The position numbers and the translations under genes were made by a program. A stretch of 64,000 nucleotides of DNA from Lama guanicoe (Eukaryota), in the NCBI GenBank assembly GCA_013239625.1, contig MU054323.1, positions 4,690,214 to 4,754,213 of the forward strand. The letters run 5' to 3'. This document shows, piece after piece, positions 1-11,159 of the stretch. The notes below the pieces were generated by a model. The model did no database searches. It was not told the DNA's origin and was given only the letters and a program-made list of their open reading frames with translations. Position 1 is the stretch's first letter; the number at the start of each line of letters is the position of its first letter.

Positions 1-1079
1 GGAAGATGATGCACTGCCAATCGTCCCAACGAGCCAGCTCTGGATAATCACGGAGTCCCAGGATTCACATGTATGATCTTAAGCCCAACTGCTGATTTGC
101 CTTCAATGGTTATTTTGTCAATAAGGGAACAACGCAAATGTAGCCAAGGAAAGGAGAAAAGAATCCCTAACACACTTAATGGGAGAGACTATTAGGAAAT
201 AAACCCTGAGGAAATTCAGAAAATGAATCTGAATGTATTTAAGGGCCTTCAGGGAGAAGAGATGATCAAAGACTTACTTTTAAGGACCAACTGTCAATTT
301 GTAATATTCTTTTAAAAACTGACAAAAACAAAGCGACGACACAAATAGACTAGAAATGATTTGAAGACATAACGCTTTTTTTTTTTTTAAATCTGAGCTT
401 TAAAGGCTTTTAGGAATCTTTTTTAAGAAGACTGAAGTCCTCACACAGAGAACAGGTAGCCTCTGGAAGGGCCAATTCTAAGTAGAATGCAGCCGAGTCA
501 TTTTCCAGGGAAAGAAACTGGTTCCCTCGCAGAGTCAAGCACCCTCTGTTTGGTCATCCCTTAGAACATAAGCCTTATAAGCAGCTCCAGAACTTTCTTC
601 GGACTCTGGCCATCAAGCTTCTGCTAAATGAGTCTACCTACTCCCTCTCAGTCTCCAAAAAGGTGATTAAATGAGTCATAACTTCAGAAAGAAAAGGGTG
701 CTAATGTTTCAGCTCAAGGTCACAAGTGTGCATACAGATTATGGGGGGAAAACACATTATTCCATTGATTTCCTACATCCTTCCTTTGGACCAGCAATTT
801 AAACAAGAATATTCAATCGTCCTGGAAGGTCTTGCTCTTGGAAGACGCCTAGATACCAGGCAAGCCACGAATGCTGCAGAGACAGCAAGCAGGCAAGACG
901 ACAAAGTGGGAGATGCCGGAGAGCTGGGGCTCTTGCAGATTTCAGTATTATCACATGGTGCGCCCCGCGCTGAGTGAGAAAAACAGAAATGACTACCGAC
1001 CCAGTGTGCCCTCTGTAGCTGCAGCCTAGCCCCTTGCCAGTCCTTTCCATGCGAATCTCTTGACAGGTTTCACACTCTC

Positions 1080-1215
1080 TGTTCAGTTTCTGCCCCTTCC
1101 GTTCACCACTCAGTGCACTTTGCTAGAAGTGCTCCCATCTGGCTACCAATGACCTTCATATGGTCAAGCCAATGACCTTTGCAATGTTTTTGTCTTACTC
1201 AACCTTTTTTGTCAA
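1080..1215 (+). mobile_element. L2 LINE fragment (old)
   Basis: Resembles the L2 consensus segment ...ccaatgacctccatgttgccaaatccaatgg...tcttacttgacc (here ccaatgaccttcatatggtcaagccaatgacc...tcttactcaacc). Confidence 0.45.
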
Positions 1216-2489
1216 TTACTATTACCCTCTTGTCCTATTGTTTCATGATAACAATAATCATAGAGTAACAGCTAACCTTATAGAGCGTTAAATGTTTGCC
1301 AGACACTGTGCTAAACATGCATCAACACCCCCCACCTTTTTTATCCTGAAATGCAAGTGTGGCATATTCCCTGGAGAACAGACTAGGGTGCATGTTGTAT
1401 AGCGGAAGCTGAGTGAGAGCCACCAGGGACCGCTGATCCTGGATGCCCTGGTGAAGATGCCAAACCCCATCTGCTGGCGGTGCTGGGACTCCGATCTTAC
1501 TCTCTGGCCGGATGGCTTCGGGAAGCGGCCAGAGCCCCCAGATCAAGACCTCAGAGAAGCAGGGACTAACTCACCAGGCAATAACAGATCCTGGCGTGCT
1601 GCGACATGACCGTGACCTGAGGTTTATTCAGTAGCTGCCTGTCTCCCTGGTCCGTGCTGCCTCTCTCCCTGATAACCTTTGCTCCCAACTCTGTGTGGCC
1701 ACATGGAGGACAGGTCTCTTCTGTGTGGGCAGCTAAGAGAGTAAGACCACAAGCCACCGCGTTACACGCAACCTCAGTTCCAGTCTAGGGAGCACGGCCA
1801 TGCAGATAACCCAGGGTGATACAACAAGGCCCAAAGAAAACAGAAACAGAGCACGTCAGTGGTGCTGATGGGCCGCCGACAGAAGGGAAGGTAATGACTG
1901 ATCAGCGCGAATGTCAAAGGGGGATATCCTTTGGTCTGACACAGACGCCCAGCCAGCGCGCTGAACCTCTGAGGTCCTGCATCAACCCACTTCGTGCCCC
2001 ACAGGCTCCCTGTGTTATTAAAGGCAGTTTCTTTATAGTTTTCATTAGCATGGATAATAAGTTACCAGTTATCTCTCTCTTGGCCTCTAAGGATATTTAC
2101 TGGAAATACCTTCAAGTCCAACTGAAGTAAAATTTCCTGAGATTTATTTCTATTTAGAGACATTACTTAGGTAGAAGGGTAATAAATTTCCTCTCTACTT
2201 TCATGTATTAATGTGGCCCCATTACTTTACCCTCTCAATTCTTTTTTTTTAATAGCAGAGAAATAATAAATTCAGGGAAATCCACTTTGTGCAAAATTCT
2301 ATGAGTCTTTTTGCTGGGCCTGGAGATGTGAATTTTGCAAGATTACACGCCAGGGAGTCAGGGGTCCTGCTCAGTACATGTGCAGGTGCAATCAGGTAAG
2401 GTCTCAAAATAGTGAGCATGGACTGTAATAAAAGCTTCCTTTCATTATCTCTGTGCCATGCCTTGGTCTACCAACTTTGTGGATCTTAA

Positions 2490-2660
2490 CCCACTGATCT
2501 TTGTAACAGCTCATCCAGGTCAGTATTAATCAGTCCTAATCTATAGATGAGGAAATTGAGCTCAGAGAAATTAAAGAAACCGTCCAAGACCATACCATTG
2601 ATAAGAAGACGGATTGGTGTTTACACTCACATCTGTCTTACTCCGAAGCTCTTGTTCTTT
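2490..2660 (-). mobile_element. MIR SINE
   Basis: MIR core in reverse: atagatgaggaaattgagctcagagaaattaaa, followed by ctcacatctgtcttactccgaagctc. Confidence 0.8.
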
Positions 2661-3089
2661 CTTCCGTGTGATGCTGTCTTGGCCTTTCCATGTCCGTAGC
2701 CGGTGCCTGTGGTGTTTATGAGCTCATGTTTTCAGCTTAGGTGGAGGGAGGAGTGAGCTAGACACATGCCCAAAAGTGACTCACTGGGCAGTACACATAT
2801 GCACCTGCTATTCTGCATAGTAAAAAACAATCAGGTGAGTCACAGTTCGGAGAAACAAAAGAGCTTGGAGAACTGGAGTGGTCAGGAGTGAAGGCTGGGC
2901 AGCACATGCTGAACATGGACACTGCCCTTATGGCCAGAATAGGATTATTAAAAGAATGAAGGATACTGTTCATGATCACTGAGTGTTTATCATCACCCTG
3001 AGCTTTGTAAGAACGACTTCAGGCCAACTCTCTAATCTGAATGAAAACGATGTCAACAGTGTTAGAAATAACAGCCCCGGGACCACCTA

Positions 3090-3260
3090 GGTCTTAAACT
3101 TGGGCTGCGTTTTGGAATTAACCTCAGGTGTTCTAAGCAATGTCCTCAGGCCACAACCTGCACCAATTTTTTGAGAACCTCTAGGAATGGGACTCAAGCA
3201 TCCAAGCATCCGGGATTTTTGAAGCACCCCAGCTGACTGCAATGTGGGGCCGAGACCCCG
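3090..3260. mobile_element. MER5A/MER5B-like hAT-Charlie DNA transposon relic
   Basis: cttaaacttgggctgcgttttggaatt...gaacctctaggaatgggactcaagcatc...ttttgaagcaccccagctgactgcaatgtg follows the MER5 pattern. Confidence 0.6.
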
Positions 3261-3749
3261 TGCAACGTGCCAGGAAGTGTCCTGTGGTAAGGGCCGTGAC
3301 CCGGCGAAGGGTAGAGATTTATTCCTAGAAACTAAAGAATTTGGACAAAGTTGATTCTTCCCACAACATAATTTATGACATAATTCTGTAACGTATTAGT
3401 CACAATCAGCGACCACTCAGACATATTAATAAGGCTTAAATACAAGAAATACAAGGCCTGTTGTCAAATACATTTATGAAATGCCGAACAACCATACAGG
3501 CGTTTTTATGGTCATTGTAACTGTTACTGTTTTAACTTCAGGCCTTTTTAAGAGCCTTTCCAGTTCTAGCATGTGTTATATTTATCAAAAAGAGGATCTA
3601 GTCTGTGGTGCTTTCTAAATTTATGTCCCTGTATTTTTTTTTTTGTTTTTTACATTTGGTAGAACTAGTGTTTCATGGAGCCCATTCTGGGAATAACTAC
3701 TACAAAAGGTCTGCACAACTCAGAACAGCACACTGAAGCCTAAGCAGCC

Positions 3750-3920
3750 CATGTGTTTTTAAGTACGTTGCGTTGTATGACTTGATCTGCACAACAATAT
3801 TATGATTAGGTATTAGCGCATGCATTTTATGGATGAGAAAATTGATGCTCTAATGCTTAAATTACTTGCTTAAGTTCACACAGTAAACAACAAAACTGGA
3901 ATTGGCAAGTCAGGTCTCAC
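3750..3920 (-). mobile_element. MIR SINE
   Basis: cattttatggatgagaaaattgatgctc...aaattacttgcttaagttcacacagta is the reverse MIR core. Confidence 0.75.
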
Positions 3921-5807
3921 GTTTGTTATTTCAATAACATTTCTTTGTATTTGTGGCTCCTGTAGATGTCCTCAGTCACGTCCCTTGTCACTCCAGGTTC
4001 AGCCTAACCAGCAGTTACCACACTATGGCAATACTGACCACTGCCACGCACTTTGCACTCTTTTAAGCAGTTCCATGTTGAGTTTAAGCGTTCCTAATAA
4101 AAATTCTCTGGCTTCTGTTTATCTGACTACATACATTTTATGTGTGTTGCAGAATCCTTGCACACGATCGCCTTTCAGCCCCTCTATGACTCCCCTAAGA
4201 AACGCACTATATACACCCGTGTGTCATCTTCCTTACACTCCTTTCCTGCCTCCCAGAGTTCTTAGGTTCTTAGGTAGTGTCCTCAAACAAGCCGGCATTG
4301 GTGACACCGACTCATTTTCTCCTCTTAATGATTGAATGACTGTGCAGGGTGCTGCGGGAATACGCATGAAAGCTTAATTATATTTCCTGCCTGGCTGAGT
4401 GGATGCTGGATAGAAAGATGACTCTGCCTGTGGTGTAAAACATCACGGAGATCAGATCGGTTCCCCTGCATTTGCACAAGGCTGATAATCAGCTCTCTCT
4501 GTAAACAGGCAGACAGATGAAGTCAGTTATCTGAAAAGGTGTCAGTGTCCTGTTAGCATCTGCATCTGTCTTGACTCTTCACTCTCGTGGCCAACTCAGC
4601 AGCAGGCTGAGCAACCCAGATCGTCTCTTGATCTGGGCAAGTCAGTGACGCAGACTGGAAAAGATAAAACCGCTACATTTTTCTGGAATCACAAGAGAAT
4701 CAGCTACTACATGAGCAACTTTATCAGATCATCAAAACTTAGGTTTTTAAGTGCCCAAACATTAAGCACATTCAGCATTTTCAGATCGAAATCTCTCAAC
4801 ATGCACAACATGCACAAAATGTTCTTTTTTTATTTTTATTTTTTTCACAAAACGCTTTCTTGATGCGACATTCCTATATTGGGCACCAACTACGTTCCAA
4901 GCACCGTGACAATTACTGGGGACAAAAATAAGGATGGGACGTTAGATGTTACATGAAAGCCCAAAAGCATGTCCTTCGGATAAAGCACAGATTTTAATCT
5001 GGGGCCTCATTGCTGCCTCCATTCTGACTATTCAGGAAAAAAAAATTTGTTTTTCCTAATGCTTAGCTGTGGTCTGTATAGGTGAGGCTGTTGGATAAGT
5101 GACCTTGAGAAAAAAGGGTGTTTTTGTAAACACGCTGTCATTCATTCCACAAACATTCCCCATATGCCCCCAGATCCAGCCACAGGCACATAGCAGAATT
5201 TAGTCCCTGGCTTTACTACATTAAGTGAAACAACATGCCTTCCCTCAGAGCAGAAGAGACCCGAGCTAATCCAATCATGGATGGAGGTATATCGAAAGGA
5301 CAGCGGGACCATCAAAACTACACCTCCATTCAAACAGTCATATGTTTTTGCCATTTCCAGGTATTCTGCAGGGGCAGATGGGGCAGGATGGTACAGGGCA
5401 GCTGGAATCAAACTAAGAGAGGTCCACAGAACTTCTGCTAGGCTCCTACTGAAATTACTGCAGCTTCTTCCATCACAGAAAGAACTGACATCATTTCTGT
5501 TCACTCGTGTGCTCAGCAGCCTCCTTAATACAGCTTCAGGGATTAAATGTTTCCCAATAGACAATGCAGGTGTCACTTCTGAGAAACGTGCACACTCTGT
5601 TAACACGAAAGGTGGCAGCCAATTCTGGAGCTATAATTGGAGCTTTTCTTCTCCATTCCAGTTGCATGATTTCTCTTTCTCTTCAGTGACTTCCCTAACT
5701 TTATAAATGAATACGAATGCTCAGCCTCATGCCGCAGCAAAGATATTTGCTTAATCCCTTTAGCCATCTGCAAAGCAGGAGTAATACACTCTATCAGCTC
5801 ATCAGTA

Positions 5808-5845
5808 GTGTATGTGCGTGTATATGTGTGTGTGTGTGTGTGTGT
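5808..5845. repeat. (TG)n microsatellite in a 38-nt alternating purine-pyrimidine tract
   Basis: gtgtatgtgcgtgtatatgtgtgtgtgtgtgtgtgtgt read directly. Confidence 0.95.
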
Positions 5846-6575
5846 CCTTATGTCTGTGTGCATGTATATGCGCACAAGGGCGTAATGCAGATAATACACC
5901 CAGTGAAGCCCACTTGAAAGCACACTGTGTTTATTTAAAGATGTTTAAATGATCCAGAGCTTGTGGGTCTAAAATAACCCTCCAAGTTTGTTATTCTCCT
6001 TGGCCATTTGCACATGACTGTGGTCACTGATCATTCATTTTGGATCTAGGTGCGCCACGATGTATGCTGAAGAAAGTGTGCTATATGCAATTCTAGAATT
6101 TGCTTTAGCCAAATTCAAATTCTAGGTGGTGTTAACTCATTTGTTTTTCATTAAGTTCTTTATTAACAGCCAAATCCCTTGATTATTACACTTCTCTGAA
6201 CTTTCTTGTTAATCTTACTTACAAGTCACATAATGCCTGAATACATTTCTCTGAAATGTTGCTGAGATAAAAGAGCTGGCAGTGACAGTAATTAACTTCT
6301 AAATAAATATTAAAATGAGAGGGCATTGTATATACCCCCAGCGCACCGGATACATGCCGAAGTCCCTAGGACGTTAGGCAGCCAGCCTGTCCCCATCTGA
6401 GCCGAGGGCAGCTCTGTCGCTGATTTTGGAAGACAGTCATTTCTCCTATTTCGCCTACTCAGCTAGCCTCTTTTAGTTCTCGGTTTTGGCTAATGTGTAT
6501 ATTGTATACTTTGCTTTTCACACATTTGGCCTCTTAGCCATATGTTCTCCTGCCCAGTTCCCCAGAGCCTGCTTG

Positions 6576-6780
6576 TATATAAAAACGCTCCCCGGGCAGG
6601 GTCCCCGCTCCATGGTTTGCTCTTCCCACCTCCAGCCCATCCTGGTGGATCTGTGCGCACAGCGGGCCAGACGCCCAACTGGTCCACCCCACGTCTGTGT
6701 TGAACTGAGGTCCATTTGCTCATAAGATATTCATCCAAATGTGTCCAACAAAACCCCCGAAGTGTGGCATGATTGGCTGA
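6576..6780. promoter_or_regulatory. Candidate core promoter: TATATAAA box and reverse CCAAT box in a CpG-retaining unique stretch
   Basis: TATATAAA at 6576-6583; ATTGG at 6772-6776 (AGCCAATCA on minus, full NF-Y context); locally raised GC and CpG. No transcript evidence. Confidence 0.3.
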
Positions 6781-6804
6781 AGCTGCTCCAAAGGAAAGCA
6801 GACA

Positions 6805-7005
6805 GGGTGGAAATCCTAGTTCTGACCCGGATTAGAGGTGTAAATTTCGACAGGTTACTTAACTTCTCTAAGTCTCCGTTTCCTCACGTGTCAAATGTGG
6901 AAACCCAGTATTCTCTGCTAAAGACGTTGTAATTATCAAATGATATCACACAAGTAAAGCGCTTCCCCCAGGGCTTGGCACGAGCAGCCTGTCGGCAGCT
7001 ATTAT
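6805..7005 (+). mobile_element. MIR SINE
   Basis: ggtggaaatcctagttctgacc...ggttacttaacttctctaagtctccgtttcctcacgtgtcaaatgtgg...gtaaagcgctt...ggcttggcac. Confidence 0.85.
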
Positions 7006-7957
7006 GACCTTTATCAGGAGTTCAGGTGAGGGATCTCTGTCTGGGCTGCGGCACTTTGGAAAGCTGCTTATAAAAGGTACATCCAGGGCAGCTTCCGTGA
7101 CTTAGATTTACCTGGATATTTTGACTGGTTTCTCTATGGTAACAGCAGTAAATGTGACGAGGCTTAAGCTGTATCCCCAAGGGAGTCTCGTCTTTTATTT
7201 CCAATGTCTTGTCTTTTCCACACAGTGTGTCTCTCTCTGATCCTCCTCTATAACCTGCACCCATTTTCAGGGGGGCGGGTGTGACAGGTGGGGGGGGGGC
7301 GGCACCCTGCCTGCAGTTAGCTCTGTTACACACACGGCAGTGGGTGGCTCCAGAAGGTATAAGACAAAATCCTGTTTGAAAAGGCTGAACACATATGAGG
7401 GCGAAAGTACTGAGATTAAAGGGAGCTAGTACATGGAAGATGAGGTCACGGAATAGCAGGGCAGATGGGCTCAGTTGTACCTGGGGAGGACTGTGGAACT
7501 GGTTGTGTGTGATGTCAGTTTATTTTCACTTGTTCCTGGGAGCGGGTTATACCGAGTAGGTCGAATACCCAAAGGGGCAGACCCCACTCTGCCACTCTGC
7601 ACCTTTGAACCTCTCTGACCCCAAAGGTCAGGCAATTTAAGAGTAATCTGCCTGCAGAGTTCGGCCAGTTTAAATAGTGTGTGTGTACGTGGTTCATTTA
7701 AAGACTGTGATTCTGGAAAGCAGGCAGATAGAATTGGCGAGAGGTCACAGGACCTCCACTGTCTTGTTGAGTAATAGCGTAATTACCCCAGCGAGGAAAT
7801 GCTGGCAGAGGCAAACACACGGACTGATGGCAGGGGGGTGCAATGGCCACGTAGCACGTGGTGGGGAGGGGCAGACCTCCCCGGGGAGGGTTCTGTGCCG
7901 GCTGTAGGAGCACCCCAGCCTCAGTCGCAGCCCTGCCCCTCACCGCTCTGCCAAATC

Positions 7958-8156
7958 AGACGGGTTGTTCTCACAGGTGATCCTGGACCAGAAACATCAG
8001 CATCTGAGACATTGAAATTCGTCAGAGACACAAGTTTCCAGGACTCACCCTGGACCACACTGACTGAGGCGCTCTGGACGAGGAGCACAGTGGATGGTTT
8101 TAACAAACCTTCTGGATGATTCTGATGCACAGTTACGTCTGAGAGCCCTTCTAAAG
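7958..8156. mobile_element. MER5A DNA transposon relic
   Basis: gttctcacaggtgatcctggaccagaaacatcagcatc...ggttttaacaaaccttctggatgattctgatgcacagttacgtctgagagccct is typical MER5A. Confidence 0.8.
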
Positions 8157-9099
8157 TGATGAGCACTGGTGGATGTGTGCTGCTATTCTCCACCTGTCCT
8201 GTGTTTACAGGCCATTCGTGTTCTATTACTGTGAAATCAAGGAGCTCCTCAGAGTCAGAGTTTTTTGGCCACAGATAAAAGCAGCTCTTGTCATCTCTTC
8301 CCCGGACTTGAGGTCCCCCTGCTGCGCCTGGCGCTCCACAAAGGGCAGGCTGACCGGTCATCAGGGCTCAGGCTCTAAAGGGTCCTTCTCAGATTGTGGA
8401 GAACATCTTGCTCCTTCTTTTGGAGGGACAATGACACCGACCTTTGGAATCGCTGTGATTGACCAGAGCCAGGGACGGCCGGTTATAAGGGGGAAAGGCT
8501 TTCTTCCTGGATTTTTCCTGCCTTTCAGGAAGCTACAGGGGGCTCTTTCCAAAGTCCGCCATCTAGATACAGCCTGCAGTGGTACTGAGGTTGGGACTTC
8601 CCCGGTTCAGAGCATACATCCAGAGTCTAGCAATTGGGCCTTAATGTAGATGAGAGTGTAAAGATTGAAATGGTACACACAAGTTTTTTTTTTTTAAGTT
8701 AACACTTACAGAGTTTGAATCTTCTTTGTACCTAGCAAGGGGAAATGGTCCTTTAGGCGTGCACCTCACAAAGCCTGGCAGATGCTGCTGGGAGGATGGG
8801 AACAAGAAGAGTCACCCCCCCAGTTCTGGCTGCATCGCCTTCAGTGCAGCGTGCCTGTTAGGTCTCCGAGAGACCAACGTCTTCCGGAAGGAAGTAAGAC
8901 TGACACTTTTCAATTGGGTAGCTCTCTTCTGTCCCTGCTTGGATTTATTTCTCCAACCACCTTCTCATCTTGGTTGTCTAGATTCAAGTAGTTACCCTGC
9001 CCGAATCTGCAGTTTTCATGTGCAGCCATTTATATTTTAATTTTCTCCCAACATTTTTCTTTCCCTTGTGTTCTAATCCTACCTATTTTTTCCTCACTG

Positions 9100-9211
9100 A
9101 TTTTTTTTAATTAAAAAGAAATTATTTTTTAATGGAGGTACTCAGGATTGAACCCAGGACCTCATACAGGCTAAGCACATGCTCTGCCACTGAGCTATGC
9201 CCTACCCCCCA
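9100..9211 (-). mobile_element. tRNA-derived SINE, camelid vic-1-like
   Basis: Minus strand reads GGGGGGTAGGGCATAGCTCAGTGGCAGAGCATGTGCTTAGCCTGTATGAGGTCCTGGGTTCAATCCTGAGTACCTCCATTAAAAAA, with A box, B box and A-rich tail; flanked by direct repeat CCTCACTG (9092-9099, 9212-9219). Confidence 0.9.
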
Positions 9212-10024
9212 CCTCACTGCTATTTCATTTAATCTTATTTATAATTTATTCTGTAAGTGTGCTATTTGTGATAACCTTATATGAGATGTCGTTTCTGGGG
9301 TAATACTAAGGGCAACCGTTCAGGAATATGGTTTCTGTTTCTCTTTGACCACCTCCCACAAATTATTCCTACATAATGTTGATTAATTTGTAACCAACAC
9401 TTTAAAAAGCAGCATTCCATCTATAGCATGAAAAAAATGCAACTTTAAATCATTTTCCATTAACACACATTCCTAAAGAATTAAAGATGCTTAAAGCTAA
9501 ATGATGGAGGGGCCTTTCCAATGAAGTAGAAGTTTTATTTTCAGGTTCTTTATAATTTCTTTCATTTTTCATGGTCTGCTTATTTTATCCTTCAGTATCT
9601 ACAAATAACCTTGAGCATTATATGTGGTAAATAGTTCATTGCATTCTACACAAAGAATTAAAATTCTTTCATTCTGCAAGCTCTTGTGATCAGAGGGACC
9701 ATGAGTTGCTGGGCAAAGATTAGTAAGCAAGAAATAAGGGGGCCAAGTTTCTTGGCTGGTCCATCCCCTTTACTTTCTGGGTGTACTTGAATGCGTAACT
9801 GATCTGACCTGATTTCCGTTTTGTTCCTAAAATGTCATGGCAGTCTGAATTCCCGGGACTCCAGGAGTTGGATTGTATCATGTACACGAGACGGCTTTGT
9901 ACATTGCCCAGTTTTTAGATTGAATTCCCTACCGGACATGACCCTTGTAGGTAGTGGAGCCGTTTCAAAGTTTACTCACAACTCAACATTCCCTCCCCAA
10001 ACCTTCTTCCTCTCTGTGCTTCTT

Positions 10025-10173
10025 TTTTTTTTTTTAACATTTTTTTTTATTGCATTATAGTCATTTTACAATGTTGTGTCAAATTCCAGTGTAGAGCACA
10101 ATTTTTCAGTTATACATGAACATACATATATTCATCGTCACATTTTTTTTTCACTGTGAGCTACCACAAGATC
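10025..10173 (-). mobile_element. 5'-truncated young L1 (3' UTR end plus polyA)
   Basis: Poly-T then ttattgcattatagtcattttacaatgttgtgtcaaattccagtgtagagcac; perfect 17-bp TSD TCCTCTCTGTGCTTCTT at 10008-10024 and 10174-10190. Confidence 0.9.
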
Positions 10174-10194
10174 TCCTCTCTGTGCTTCTTAATT

Positions 10195-10800
10195 CAGGAC
10201 ATGGCACCGTACACAGAAACCGGGAGGTAATCTCAGGGTCTTCACTTTCCCTCAATAATCACAGCCAGTGAATCAAGAGTTCCTACCAATTCTGTTACTA
10301 AACTCTACCCCCATCCTGTCCCTTCTTCCTCACTGTTTATCTCTGTAGCTGGATTCTGCAGACTAGATTGCTGATCTTTGTCTATAACTTCGGTCCAGCA
10401 TCCTTTCAATTCTTTTTTTTTCCCCACCAAGAGGACCAAATGATCCTTTTACGATGCAAATATGATCTTTTCACTCCTTCTTTACTGGTTTCTTCCTGCC
10501 TTTTATCTAAATCCATTAAAATGTCTCCTAAGGCCATTCTTGACTTGACTTCCAATGACATGGTATTTTTGTTCTTCCCAATATGCCCTGTTTCCCCTCA
10601 CCTGCAAGACTTTGTACATCTCTTTCTCTCCTTGGACTACCTTTTCCCTGGTTAATATCTCCTCTATTTACTTATCTACCCTGACAAATCCCACTCATTT
10701 CAGTTTAAATATTACTGCCCATGGGAAGCATCTCTGAATTGCCGTTCTTGGCTGGATCCCATTGTAATGTGCCTTCACAGCATCTGTGTTTTCTATTAGA
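10195..10800 (+). mobile_element. L2 LINE fragment
   Basis: tgatccttttacgatgcaaatatgatc...cagtttaaatattactgcccatgggaagcatctctga resembles the L2 3' region. Confidence 0.65.
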
Positions 10801-11159
10801 GTTATTACTACCACAGACATAACCTAAAGGCAATGAGCTCATAGCAGGACCAAGAAAGTGGACCTGCTGCCACTCTAAGGACACTACTGGGTTGTTACGT
10901 AAATGAGCCAGAAACGCCCTGAACCCATGAACTCAAACCCACTCCCAGTGTCAACTACCAATAAGGGCCGAGTGCCATAAAGTCGGAACCTAAAAAATTC
11001 TACCCTGACAATCAAACCTATTACGTGCACTATTTGAATTCCTCATGATAAAGGCTCTATTTATATCCAAACTAGCCTCATTATTTAAAAATCTCAACTG
11101 CTTTTATTATAGCTTAAATTTTAGTTAGTATTTACATCATAGAAAACATACCCTGTTTT

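Noticed and set aside
1330..1790. Possible old LTR or exon-like GC-richer block
   Set aside because: Resemblance to ERVL/MaLR LTRs is too weak to call; the donor-like site at ~1570 lacks a pyrimidine-rich acceptor.
5142..5706. Overlapping antisense ORFs of 154 and 141 aa
   Set aside because: No recognisable domain and no supported exon structure; such lengths occur by chance in mammalian non-coding DNA.
7921..8649. ORFs of 146 and 158 aa
   Set aside because: GC-richer sequence with few stops; one runs through a MER5A relic; no protein similarity recognised.
9135..9210. Possible tRNA gene on the minus strand
   Set aside because: Degenerate stems, an A-rich tail and a flanking TSD show that it is a tRNA-derived SINE.
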